This document shows, one piece after another, positions 28,523 through 37,507 of a stretch of 64,000 bases of DNA. The stretch covers positions 128,001 to 192,000 of the forward strand of contig JAZKFH010000009.1 in the NCBI GenBank assembly GCA_040386535.1. The letters are read 5' to 3'. The stretch is from Myxococcota bacterium (GTDB lineage: Bacteria; Myxococcota_A; UBA796; SXON01). Within the stretch, counting starts at the first letter, position 1. Every line of letters starts with the position of its first letter. Made by a program: the position numbers and the translations under genes. The notes beneath the pieces were generated by a model. It saw nothing but the letters and a program-made list of their open reading frames with translations, was not told the origin of the DNA and did not search any database.

Positions 28523-30561
28523 AGCGACTCCACCACGCAGGGCAGGCCGTTGGACGCGGGCGTTCCGGTGAACGGATCGAGGCGATCGGTCGGCACGAGC
28601 GCCATCACGTCGACCACGTGGCCGGCGGGCAGATCGACCACGTCCTCGCGGAGCGTCGCGTCCAGGTGCACCGTCGCCTCGACCGCGCCGGCGCCCGTGC
28701 GGATGCGCACCCGCGCGCCCTCGGCGAACCCGGAGGCGGGATGGAGCGTCACGCCGGGGTCGATCGCCACCGGCCGATCGAACGGGCGGAGCGCCGCGTC
28801 CCGCACCGCGGAGGTGAGGAGCCAGCGGCCGAGGCCAGCGGGCGCCTTGGGGGCGGTGACCTGGGCGAGGGCGGCGGCGATCGGCGCGGGGAGCAGCTCG
28901 AAGCGGCCCGAAGGGGTGGTGAGCCGCCAGGTGGCGCGGTCGACCTCGCCGCTGAACCAGCCGTGCGGGGCCTCCTTGAGCTCGGCCATCGACACGACGC
29001 CCGAGGTGTCGAGCAGGCGGGCCTCCCACTTCTCGAGATCCGCGGTCGCGACGAAGCTGCCGAGCACCCGGAGGTGCGCGCCGAACTCTCCGCCGCGGAG
29101 GGTCGGCCCGACCTTCTTGAACAGGGCGAGGAGGATGTCCGACAGATCGCGCGCCTCGCCCGGGGGCGACACGAGCGAGGGCGTGTGCTGGGAGAAGCGC
29201 CAGGGGAGGATCGAGGTGTCGTGCAGGTGCAGATCCTCGCGCTCCCAGGGGTGGGTCGCGGGGAGCACCCAGTGCGCCATCGCGGTGGTGTCGTTGTCCG
29301 CGAGGTCGACAGCCACGAGCAGATCGAGGGATCCGAGGGCTTCGCGCAGGCGCGGGCCGCCGGGCAGCTCGCGGGCGGGATCGCCGTAGAGCGACACGAG
29401 CGCGCGGACCTGGCCGTGGCCGGGGGTGAGGATCTCGTCGGCCAGCAGCGCGCCGGGGGCCTGCAGAAGCAGGAGCGGGAGATCGCCGACGCGGGTGCGG
29501 GGCGCGCCGTCGGTCGGAAGCTGCTTCGCGAGGGGGTGGACGTCGATCACGCCCTTGTTGTCGAACACGCCGCCGGGGCGGAGCAGGTTGGCCGTGAGCG
29601 CGTGGAGCACGAGCAACGCCCACGCGGTCAGCGTGCCGTGCTCGTTCTGGAGCGCCTGGTTGCCCGGGGCACACACTGCCATCGCGGCGCGGGAGAACTT
29701 GAGCGCCACGCCGCCGATGTCGGTGGAGGGGATGCCGCAGATCTCCGCGCAGGTCTCGAGCGGCCAGGCGGCGAGGGCCTCCTTGAGCGGGCCGAGGGGG
29801 GTGCAGTAGTCGTCGGTGTACTGGACGTCGCGCCAGTCGTTCTTGAGGATCGCGTCGATCATGCCGAGCACGAAGAACAGCTCGGTGCCGGGCCGGATGG
29901 GCAGGTGGAGATCGGCGCCGGCCGCGAGTGGGGTCTTGCGCGGATCGACCGCGACCACCTTGGTGCCCTTGGTCTTGCGGCTGAACGCGAGGTCCGTGCC
30001 GAGGTTGCGCCCGCCCTGGAGGGGGCCCCAGCCGTCGGCCTCCTGGTTGGCCCCGAGCAGCACCACGTAGTGTGCGCGCCCGACGTCCCGCTGGAGCGCG
30101 GCGGCGTGGCCCACGACGAGCTCGACGGCGCGGAGCCAGGGCCCGCCGCGCGACGCGAGGGGCGAGAACAGGTTGGGCGTGTCGAGGCCGAGCGCGGTCG
30201 CGATCGTACGGGTGAGGCCGCGCGAGTCGAGGCCGACGGGCGCGCCAGCGTACATCCCGATGGCGCGCGGGCCCGACTGCTTGCGGATCTCCTTGAGTTT
30301 CGCGCCGATCTCGTTGATCGCCACCTCCCACGAGACCTCTTCCAGCTTGCCGTTCACCCGCTTCTTCGGGCGGAGCAGCCGGCGCGGATCTTCGGCGGCG
30401 CCCGCGGACGCGGTGCACAAGGCGCAGGTGCCGTGGCGGCCGGTCACGTTCTCGGTGTCGGCGCGCAGGGCGACGATGCGCCCGCCCTCGACCGTCGCGA
30501 GGAGGCCCGCCAGACACTCGTTCGAGCGACACCAGGTCGCTTGTTCTGAAGTCATCGCCAT
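28519..30561 (-). CDS. Molybdopterin-dependent oxidoreductase family protein (divergent)
   Basis: 'DPRRLLRPKKR...VSWEVA', 'VVAVDPRKT', 'IRPGTE', 'TTAMAHWVLPA', C-terminal 'NGLPC'. Confidence 0.88.
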   Translation of the reverse strand: MAMTSEQATWCRSNECLAGLLATVEGGRIVALRADTENVTGRHGTCALCTASAGAAEDPRRLLRPKKRVNGKLEEVSWEVAINEIGAKLKEIRKQSGPRAIGMYAGAPVGLDSRGLTRTIATALGLDTPNLFSPLASRGGPWLRAVELVVGHAAALQRDVGRAHYVVLLGANQEADGWGPLQGGRNLGTDLAFSRKTKGTKVVAVDPRKTPLAAGADLHLPIRPGTELFFVLGMIDAILKNDWRDVQYTDDYCTPLGPLKEALAAWPLETCAEICGIPSTDIGGVALKFSRAAMAVCAPGNQALQNEHGTLTAWALLVLHALTANLLRPGGVFDNKGVIDVHPLAKQLPTDGAPRTRVGDLPLLLLQAPGALLADEILTPGHGQVRALVSLYGDPARELPGGPRLREALGSLDLLVAVDLADNDTTAMAHWVLPATHPWEREDLHLHDTSILPWRFSQHTPSLVSPPGEARDLSDILLALFKKVGPTLRGGEFGAHLRVLGSFVATADLEKWEARLLDTSGVVSMAELKEAPHGWFSGEVDRATWRLTTPSGRFELLPAPIAAALAQVTAPKAPAGLGRWLLTSAVRDAALRPFDRPVAIDPGVTLHPASGFAEGARVRIRTGAGAVEATVHLDATLREDVVDLPAGHVVDVMALVPTDRLDPFTGTPASNGLPCVVESL

Positions 30562-30606
30562 CAGCCTCGTCGCCTCCGCGGGCGAAGACTACCCCTGTTG
30601 CTCGGA

Positions 30607-31353
30607 CTAGACCATCCCCCGGAGCACGGCGCGTAGCGTGGCCGCCGTGCGGGGGAGGTGCCGCGCCGAGGCGAGCAGCGCTTCGGCCGCGGCGCGGCTC
30701 CGGAGGCCGGGGATCAGGCGCACGACGAGGAGGTCCGGCTCGGGGCCCCAGGCCGCCGCGAGGTGCGCGAGCATGGGGGTGGTCGGGTCGTGATCCAGCG
30801 CGGCGCCCGCGGCGCGGAGGGCGGCGCCCAGGTCCACCCCGAGGAGCGCGGCCGCGGGCTCCGCGCGCCCGGTCTCCGCGGCGACGAACACGAGGCCGTC
30901 GACGTGGCCGGCGTCGGCATGCGCGCGACACACGGCCGCGAACGCGGGGTGCGGCGCCGCGGCCATCAGGTGGGTCAGGCCGACGGCGAAGGTCTCCGCC
31001 TTCTTGGAGAGGGGGACCAGCCAGTTCGCCGCGGGGTGGCGGGCAGCGGCGAGCGCGAGCACCTCGGTGGCGGCCTCGCCCGCGAGGTCGAGGAGGCGCG
31101 GGTAGAGCCCGCGGGGCGAGAGCGTGGCTTCGAGGGCGGCGACGTGCGGGAACGCGGCGCGCACGACGGTGGCGCCGCCGGGCGCGCGCGAGCCGCACAC
31201 CACCTCGGCGAGCGCGACGGGGTCCTTCGTGGCGAGGGCGGCGAAGAGCGGCTGGAGGGGGCGATCCTTTGCGTCGCGCACGATGGCGAGGAGGCGCGGG
31301 AGCTCGGCCGGAAGATCGAGGCCGACGAGATCTCCGTCGAGGAGGCGGCTCAT
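30607..31353 (-). CDS. Hypothetical Ala/Leu-rich helical protein
   Basis: ATGA overlap with the upstream gene; fills the operon gap; coding-like composition. Confidence 0.6.
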   Translation of the reverse strand: MSRLLDGDLVGLDLPAELPRLLAIVRDAKDRPLQPLFAALATKDPVALAEVVCGSRAPGGATVVRAAFPHVAALEATLSPRGLYPRLLDLAGEAATEVLALAAARHPAANWLVPLSKKAETFAVGLTHLMAAAPHPAFAAVCRAHADAGHVDGLVFVAAETGRAEPAAALLGVDLGAALRAAGAALDHDPTTPMLAHLAAAWGPEPDLLVVRLIPGLRSRAAAEALLASARHLPRTAATLRAVLRGMV

Positions 31354-31862
31354 GCGTGCACGCCGCACGCGCCCGGCACGTCGAGCTTGGGGAAGGGGAG
31401 CCCCGCGGGCACGCCCACCCACACGTCCGCCAGGGGTACCGGCCAGCTCGTGCCGTCGGGGGCGCCGGGCTCGCCGAGCAGGGCGTGGCCGGCCGGGACC
31501 GCGGGGCGCCACGCGGCGCCGTGGCGCTCGAAGATGCCGCCGAGGCCCGACGCGGCGGCGCGCGCGCCCCGTGCGTCGGAGGCGACGAGGAGCACGCTCA
31601 TGTCGTCCCGCCCGAGCCAGCGCGCGTCGAGCCGCTGGAGCGCGCCACACGCGGCCAAGAGCACCGCGGCGAGGTCGCCCTCGGCGCGCAGGTCCGCGAG
31701 CGCGTCGCGGGCGGCCTCGGCGGCGTCCCACCCCTCGACCACGGACGCGGTTCCGGCCACCCGGCCCGCCCACGCGAGCCGCACCGGACCGAAGTCACGT
31801 GCGCCGCGCAGGTGGCCGACGAAGGGGGTACGACCCCCGGCGCCGACGAGCCAGACCGTCAT
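31350..31862 (-). CDS. Hypothetical protein, possibly a degenerate PP2C-like fold
   Basis: Operonic position; alternating beta/helix pattern weakly like PPM phosphatases. Confidence 0.5.
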   Translation of the reverse strand: MTVWLVGAGGRTPFVGHLRGARDFGPVRLAWAGRVAGTASVVEGWDAAEAARDALADLRAEGDLAAVLLAACGALQRLDARWLGRDDMSVLLVASDARGARAAASGLGGIFERHGAAWRPAVPAGHALLGEPGAPDGTSWPVPLADVWVGVPAGLPFPKLDVPGACGVHA

Positions 31863-31878
31863 CGGGCCGAAGCGGGGG

Positions 31879-32442
31879 TCACTTGAACGAGCCGCACGTC
31901 AGCATCGAGGCGCCGTAGTACGGGTTCGCGATGGTGCCGCCCTCCTGGAGCCAGCTCGCGTCCGCCATCGGGCAGAACGCCTCGGTGATGGTGCGGCTGC
32001 CGCCCGCGTGGGCGCGGGCGTAGGGGAGCACGGCCGCGGAGAGCTTCTTCACCGCGGTGCGGCGCGGCTCGATCTCCGTGGAGGCGAGCGCGGCGCTCGT
32101 CTCGGTGGCGATGGCCGTGAGGGCCAGCGTGCCCGCCTCGTCGAGCCCGGGCGTGGCCTTGGCCGCGTCGACCTGGGCCTGGAGGGAGGTCAGGGCGGCG
32201 CCGGCGGCGGCGTTGTCGTCCTTCGCGAGGGCCGCCTGCGCGTCGAGGTAGGCGCCGACCACCTTACCGGAGGCGTCGTCGGCGCAGCAGGCGAACGCGG
32301 TCGCGGGCGTGGCGGGGGGCGCGGCGACGGGTGCCGGCGCGGGGGGAGGCGGGGGACTCGAGGCCGCGGGCGCCGTGCTTTCGCCGCCACACGCGAACAG
32401 GAACAGCGTGGGGGCAACCCAGCCCGTCAGAAACAGACGCAT
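31879..32442 (-). CDS. DUF3347-domain lipoprotein (putative heavy-metal binding)
   Basis: SD AGGAGG, lipobox 'LFAC', 'YLDAQAALAKDD', 'CPMADASWL...NPYYGASMLTCG'. Confidence 0.9.
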   Translation of the reverse strand: MRLFLTGWVAPTLFLFACGGESTAPAASSPPPPPAPAPVAAPPATPATAFACCADDASGKVVGAYLDAQAALAKDDNAAAGAALTSLQAQVDAAKATPGLDEAGTLALTAIATETSAALASTEIEPRRTAVKKLSAAVLPYARAHAGGSRTITEAFCPMADASWLQEGGTIANPYYGASMLTCGSFK

Positions 32443-32588
32443 CTACAGCCTCCTGGCGCGCCCTCCTATTTCGAAGTGGCGCGCGCTGTCTCCCGAAAGC
32501 CCCGCTCCTGGAGCGGGGCGTGGGCGGAATCGCGCCGCCGTGTCGACGCACCCGGGCGCCGGGTTATCCTCGCGCCGCGGAGAACGTG

Positions 32589-32834
32589 ATGGCTCGTACC
32601 CTCTTGTGGATCCTCGGCGGCCTGCTCCTCGCGGTGGGTCTCGTGTCGCTCCTGTTCGCCTTCGCGACGCCGTGGGGCCCCATCGCGGTGAACCTGCCCC
32701 AGACCGGCTGGGATGCCGTGGGGGACATCGCCCCCACTGACTACTTCCCCTTCGCCGTGTTCGGCATCCTGTTCGGCGCGCCGATCCTCGTCGCGCTCAA
32801 CGCGACCGCCTGGAAACACACCGACGGCTACTAA
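32589..32834 (+). CDS. Small two-TM membrane protein
   Basis: GGAG upstream, two hydrophobic helices, ends 4 nt before nadE. Confidence 0.75.
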   Translation: MARTLLWILGGLLLAVGLVSLLFAFATPWGPIAVNLPQTGWDAVGDIAPTDYFPFAVFGILFGAPILVALNATAWKHTDGY

Positions 32835-32838
32835 GCGC

Positions 32839-34446
32839 GTGCGCGTCCTGATCCTCCAGGCCGCGCCCATCGTCGGGGACGTTGCCCGGAACGCGGCCCT
32901 CTGCATCGAGGGCATCCACGCCGCCGCGGCCGAGGGCGCCCGCATCCTGCTCGCGTCCGAGCTGATGCTGTCCGGCTACCCGCCGCGGGATCTGCTCGAG
33001 CGTGGTGACCTGCTACGCGCCTGTCGCGCTGCCGCGGAGGACGTGGCCCGCGCCACCGCCGGCACCGACGTCATCGCGGTCTTCGGCGCCCCCTGGGAGG
33101 ACGGCGGCATCCGCAACAGCGCGGTGATCGCGGCCGGCGGCGAGATCGTCGCGGTGCGCCACAAGACCCTGCTGCCGACCTACGACGTGTTCGACGAGCA
33201 CCGGTACTTCGTCCCCGAGTCCAATCCGCGGCCGGTCGACGTGGGCGGGCTGCGCCTGGGCGTGACCATCTGCGAGGACATCTGGAACGAGGTGGGCTCC
33301 GGGCGCCGCTACGACGCGGATCCCGTCGAGCGCATGCGCGGCGCCGACGTGCTGCTCAACCTGTCGTCGTCGCCGTTCCACGCCGCGAAGGGCGCGGTGC
33401 GGCTCGACCTCGTCAAGCGCAAGGCGCTCCAGGTCGGCGCGCCGCTCGTCTACTGCAACCAGGTGGGCGGCAACGACGAGCTGCTCTTCGACGGCGGCTC
33501 GCTCGTGGTCGCGGCCGACGGGCGGCTGCTGTTCCAGGCACCGCAGTTCCGCACGGGCTCGTGGGTGGTCGATCTCGACGGCCCGGCGGTCCCGTACACG
33601 GCGCTCCCCTTCGAGGAGGAGGTGCTCGAGGCCCTCACGATGGGCGTGCGCGACTATGCGGCGCGGTGCGGCTTCAAGACCGCGGTGCTCGGCTTGTCCG
33701 GCGGCATCGACAGCGCGCTCGTGGCCGTGGTGGGCGCGCGCGCGCTCGGCCCCGAGAACATCTGGGCGATCGGCATGCCGGGCCCGTTCTCCTCGGAAGG
33801 TTCCGTCACGGACGCGGAGGCCCTTGCGGAGCGCCTTGGCCTCAACTGGCAGAAGCTCCCGATTTCTCCGGTGTACGAGAGCTTTCTCGACGTGTTGGCG
33901 CCTCCGTTCGCCGGTGTCGCGCGGGACGTGACCGAGGAGAACCTCCAGGCGCGCGTGCGCGGCACGCTCCTCATGGCGTTGTCCAACAAGTTCGGGCACC
34001 TGCTGCTCACCACCGGCAACAAGTCGGAGATGGCCGTGGGGTATTGCACGCTCTACGGCGACATGAACGGCGGGCTCGCCGTGCTCGCGGACGTGTTCAA
34101 GACCGACGTGTATCGGCTGGCGCGGTGGATCAACCGGGACGGCGAGGTCATCCCGAACGCGACGATGACCAAGCCGCCGTCCGCCGAGCTCGCGCCCAAC
34201 CAGACCGACCAGGACTCGCTCCCGTCCTACGATCAGCTCGACGCCATCCTCCGGCTCTACGTCGAGGGCGTGGTCGACCCGGCCGACATCGTGGCGCGCG
34301 GCCATCCGCGGGACATCGTGGAGCGCGTGGTGCGCATGGTCGTGCGAAGTGAATACAAGCGCTGGCAGGCGGCCCCCGGCTTGCGCGTGAGCGCTCGCGC
34401 CTTCGGGAGCGGCCGTCGCATTCCGCTCGCACACGTCTGGCGCTGA
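32839..34446 (+). CDS. nadE: Glutamine-dependent NAD+ synthetase
   Basis: Nitrilase domain (E, 'KTLLPTYDVFDE', 'ICEDIW') plus 'GLSGGIDS', 'ENLQAR', 'TGNKSE', 'PSAEL'. Confidence 0.97.
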   Translation: MRVLILQAAPIVGDVARNAALCIEGIHAAAAEGARILLASELMLSGYPPRDLLERGDLLRACRAAAEDVARATAGTDVIAVFGAPWEDGGIRNSAVIAAGGEIVAVRHKTLLPTYDVFDEHRYFVPESNPRPVDVGGLRLGVTICEDIWNEVGSGRRYDADPVERMRGADVLLNLSSSPFHAAKGAVRLDLVKRKALQVGAPLVYCNQVGGNDELLFDGGSLVVAADGRLLFQAPQFRTGSWVVDLDGPAVPYTALPFEEEVLEALTMGVRDYAARCGFKTAVLGLSGGIDSALVAVVGARALGPENIWAIGMPGPFSSEGSVTDAEALAERLGLNWQKLPISPVYESFLDVLAPPFAGVARDVTEENLQARVRGTLLMALSNKFGHLLLTTGNKSEMAVGYCTLYGDMNGGLAVLADVFKTDVYRLARWINRDGEVIPNATMTKPPSAELAPNQTDQDSLPSYDQLDAILRLYVEGVVDPADIVARGHPRDIVERVVRMVVRSEYKRWQAAPGLRVSARAFGSGRRIPLAHVWR

Positions 34447-34451
34447 ACTCC

Positions 34452-35516
34452 ATGCCTCGCCTCGGATCTCCGGATCCACGACCGCGTGACCCCGCTCCTG
34501 GCGCTGACCGTCGCGTCTGGTCCGCCGGCACCGCACGGCGTTCCCTGCTGGCCGAGGTCGAGCGCCTCGCGGGCGAGCTCCGCGGCCCCCTCGGCGGCCT
34601 GGAGGAGGCGATCATCGGCCTCGTGGACGGGGACGGCCTGCCGCCCGGCCTCACGCCCGACGTGCTCTTCGAGGGCGGCATGCCCCGCATGCGGCCGATC
34701 CTCGTGGTCCTCGCCGGGCGCGCCGCCGCCGAGCGCGAGGCCGACCCTCAAGCCGCCTTCGAGGTCGCCGCCATCGCGGAGATGCTCCAGGGCGCGATCC
34801 GCCTGCACGACATGGCCCTGGGGCGCCGGGACGGCCGTCGGCGCCGGGCCGCGCGCGTGGTGCTCCGCGGCGCGGGCTCGCTCCTCGGCGCGAACCACCT
34901 GACGCTCCGCGCGCTCGAGCTCGCGCGCCGCGCGCCCGCGCCGGAGATCCTCGGCGAGACCCTGGAGCTGCTGCGCGACGTCGGCGCCGGCCACGCGCTC
35001 GGCGAGGCCCTCCGCACCCGCCCCGCCACGGTGGCGGACGCGCTCCTGTTCGCGGAGGAGCACAGCGGCGCGCTCTTCGCCTTCACCTGCCGCGCGGGCG
35101 GCCACCTCGTGCGCGCCGGGCGCCCCGCCATCACCGGGCTCGGCCGGTATGGGCGGCACGTCGGCATCGCGTGGAAGCTCGCGGAGGACCTCGCCCTGTT
35201 CGACCCCGCGACCGGCGGCCGCCAGCTCGCGCACCACGCGGCCGCGGCGCGCCCGGTGTTCCCAGTGGCCTGGGCCAACGCGAAGGACCCTGACATCGAG
35301 CCCTTGTGGCGGCGCCTCGGCGCGGCGGGCTACGACGACGCGGTCGCGACGGAGCTCACCGATCGGGTCCGCAGCCTCGGCGGCGTCGGCGCCGGCCGCG
35401 AAGCGATGATCCGCGAGACCTGGGCGGCGCGCCGCGCGCTTCGCCCGCTCCCCCCGTCCCCCGCGCGCGACTCGCTCGATCGGCTCGCCGCGTCCCTGGC
35501 TTCAGTCGCGGCGTAG
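34452..35516 (+). CDS. Polyprenyl synthetase family protein with both DDxxD motifs degenerate
   Basis: 'GGMPRMRP' (cf. GGKRxRP), 'EMLQGAIRLHDMALG', 'YGRHVGIAWKLAEDL'. Confidence 0.8.
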   Translation: MPRLGSPDPRPRDPAPGADRRVWSAGTARRSLLAEVERLAGELRGPLGGLEEAIIGLVDGDGLPPGLTPDVLFEGGMPRMRPILVVLAGRAAAEREADPQAAFEVAAIAEMLQGAIRLHDMALGRRDGRRRRAARVVLRGAGSLLGANHLTLRALELARRAPAPEILGETLELLRDVGAGHALGEALRTRPATVADALLFAEEHSGALFAFTCRAGGHLVRAGRPAITGLGRYGRHVGIAWKLAEDLALFDPATGGRQLAHHAAAARPVFPVAWANAKDPDIEPLWRRLGAAGYDDAVATELTDRVRSLGGVGAGREAMIRETWAARRALRPLPPSPARDSLDRLAASLASVAA

Positions 35517-35588
35517 CGTCGGTAGGCTCGTACCGGGCCTCTTTCGGGGGGGGCCGGGCGCGAGAGAACACGCCCAGCCCGTCGTCTA

Positions 35589-36935
35589 CTACAGCTCGCT
35601 CGACGAAGCGAACAACCCGAACAGGTAGAAGTACCCCTCGCCGCCGATGGCCCCGACCTCCGGCGCCGCGGTGACGCGGAGCGAGTAGTCGCCGCGGGGG
35701 TAGGGGCCGAGGTTCAACGCGTCCGCGTCGGTGCCGACCGCGGAGTCGACCGTTTCGAGCACCACGCCGGTCGCGTCGAGCAGCTCCACCCGCGGCACGA
35801 GCAGGCTGCCGTAGGGCTGGGCGCCCAGGTACACGCTGATGAACGCGTCGTCGAACGGCACGTCGACCGTGAACAGATCGGCGTCGGTCTCCGTGTCGAT
35901 CCGCCCCTGGCCGTACGCGGCGTAGAGCGCGCCCGAGTCCGGGTTCTGGTCGTCGAGGATCAGCACGTTGGCTTCCTCGAGCGTGTCGTCCGGCTCGCGG
36001 CCGGGCGGATTCCCGCTCCCCGGATCGCGGACGACGAAGAAGAGCCACGTCCAGTAGTCGGAACCGCCGCCGCCCGACACGTCCGTGGCGCCGATGACGT
36101 ACCGGGTGCCGACGGGGTCGGGGAGCAGGGCGGGGGCGGAGAGCGTCGGATCGGTGAGCGCGAGCACGTCGTCGCCGTCGGCGTTCTTCATCGTCACCCG
36201 CGCGACGACCTCGCTCTCGTCGGCGTTCTGGAGCGCCACCACGTAGATCGGCGCGCCGGACGCGGGCAGATCGAGGGCCGCCCAGTCGGTGTCGCCGGGC
36301 TCCGCGAGGAGCACCGGGAACGAGTAGAGCACGTTCGCCGAGAGCGCCCCGAAGTCGAGCCCGGCCTCCTGGGAGCTGTCGGTCTCGACGCCGACGGAGT
36401 TCCACTCGGTGATCTCGAGGGTGTAGGACTCGCCGGAGCCGCCGATGGGATCGGCTTCGTAGAAGCTTCCCGCGTCCTCGACCTTCAGGTAGTAGGTGCC
36501 CGCCTCGGGGAAGTAGCCGAAACACATGGAGTCGGCGGAGGACACGTTCCCCGCCGGATGTTCGTCCTCCCACACGAGGCGCTTGCCGGCGCTGTTGTAG
36601 ACGCTCACGACGCTGTCCAGCCCGCCCTCGGCCTCCGCGGTGACCACCGCGACGCGGAAGAACTCGCCGCCCTCGGCGGTCACGGCGAACCAATCCACGT
36701 CCCCCGCGGGGTTGATCTCCCCATCGGTGGTGTCGGCCCAGAACAGGCTCTCGGCGCCTTCGGTCTCGTCGTTGCGGTCGCCGTCCACACACGCGTCGGC
36801 CTCACAAATCTCGGTCGAGGTGCAGTCCCCGTCCGAGGCGCACTCCCCGCCGTCGGGATCGGGCTTGCCCCCCGAGCCCGTGTCTTCCGAGGTGCGCAGG
36901 CACCCCGCGACGAACAGTGACAATACTACGAGCAT
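35589..36935 (-). CDS. Acidic lipoprotein with pre-peptidase C-terminal (PPC)-like domains
   Basis: 'MLVVLSLFVAGC', Cys-rich 'CASDGDC..TEIC', repeated 'G.I...GDVDWF', 'GTYYLKV', 'EPDDT'. Confidence 0.8.
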   Translation of the reverse strand: MLVVLSLFVAGCLRTSEDTGSGGKPDPDGGECASDGDCTSTEICEADACVDGDRNDETEGAESLFWADTTDGEINPAGDVDWFAVTAEGGEFFRVAVVTAEAEGGLDSVVSVYNSAGKRLVWEDEHPAGNVSSADSMCFGYFPEAGTYYLKVEDAGSFYEADPIGGSGESYTLEITEWNSVGVETDSSQEAGLDFGALSANVLYSFPVLLAEPGDTDWAALDLPASGAPIYVVALQNADESEVVARVTMKNADGDDVLALTDPTLSAPALLPDPVGTRYVIGATDVSGGGGSDYWTWLFFVVRDPGSGNPPGREPDDTLEEANVLILDDQNPDSGALYAAYGQGRIDTETDADLFTVDVPFDDAFISVYLGAQPYGSLLVPRVELLDATGVVLETVDSAVGTDADALNLGPYPRGDYSLRVTAAPEVGAIGGEGYFYLFGLFASSSEL

Positions 36936-37269
36936 GGAACGATGCACCTTTCCTCCGGATCGTGCCGGACAGGGTAGCATCCGCGCGCACCTTCGCGTAC
37001 AAGTCCGGCCCTGCCCGAGCGCCCCCTGGAGTCCGCGTTTCCGCCCTTCGGCACCCTCCCGCCCGCGCGGCGTGGGTCCGATCGCGCGCCGCGCGCCGCG
37101 GGGTCGGCACGGTTCCGTCGCCGGCGGGCACGTGTCGCCACATGCGCCGAGCGCGGCCAGCACGACGCTCTCGTCGCGCTGTACAGGAACGAAATCTTGC
37201 ACGTCCCATCCGTGTTGGTTCCACATACAGTCGCGGTTTCTTCGGAGCGGCAAGGCAGCAGCAGTGGCT

Positions 37270-37286
37270 TTGACAGGTTCTTGACA
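37270..37286. promoter_or_regulatory. Tandem TTGACA direct repeat with 11-bp period (PhoB/OmpR-box-like, or -35 elements)
   Basis: TTGACAGGTTCTTGACA; reverse complement TGTCAAGAACCTGTCAA. Confidence 0.45.
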
Positions 37287-37414
37287 ATGCGGGGTCGTGA
37301 ACGGATCTATAAAGATGCGCTCGCCACGGCAGGGTCCCCAAGTCCTGCAGGTGGCAATCGATGCCCTTGTGTCTCGAACGGTCTGTGTCCTCGGTGTCGT
37401 GCACCTCGGTGCTC

Positions 37415-37507
37415 GAGCCGGGGGTTTCGTCCCCGGATTCAACTCCCAGGCCTCAAGCTCTGGGTCTCGAATCCCGAGGGGGCTCGCAGCCGGGGTTTCG
37501 CCCCGGC
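37415..37507 (+). other. Structured segment in the leader of the sigma factor gene
   Basis: Two CCGGGG-TTTCG-CCCCGG-type hairpins plus CCCAG/CTGGG, CTCG/CGAG and GAGCC/GGCTC stems. Confidence 0.45.

Noticed and set aside
37415..37488. tRNA, tRNA-Sec or tmRNA call (T-arm-like strings, TCA in a loop)
   Set aside because: It lacks a 7-bp acceptor stem, U8, a correctly placed TTC loop, canonical arm spacing and CCA, and no tmRNA 3' end follows. Kept only as a structured-leader finding.
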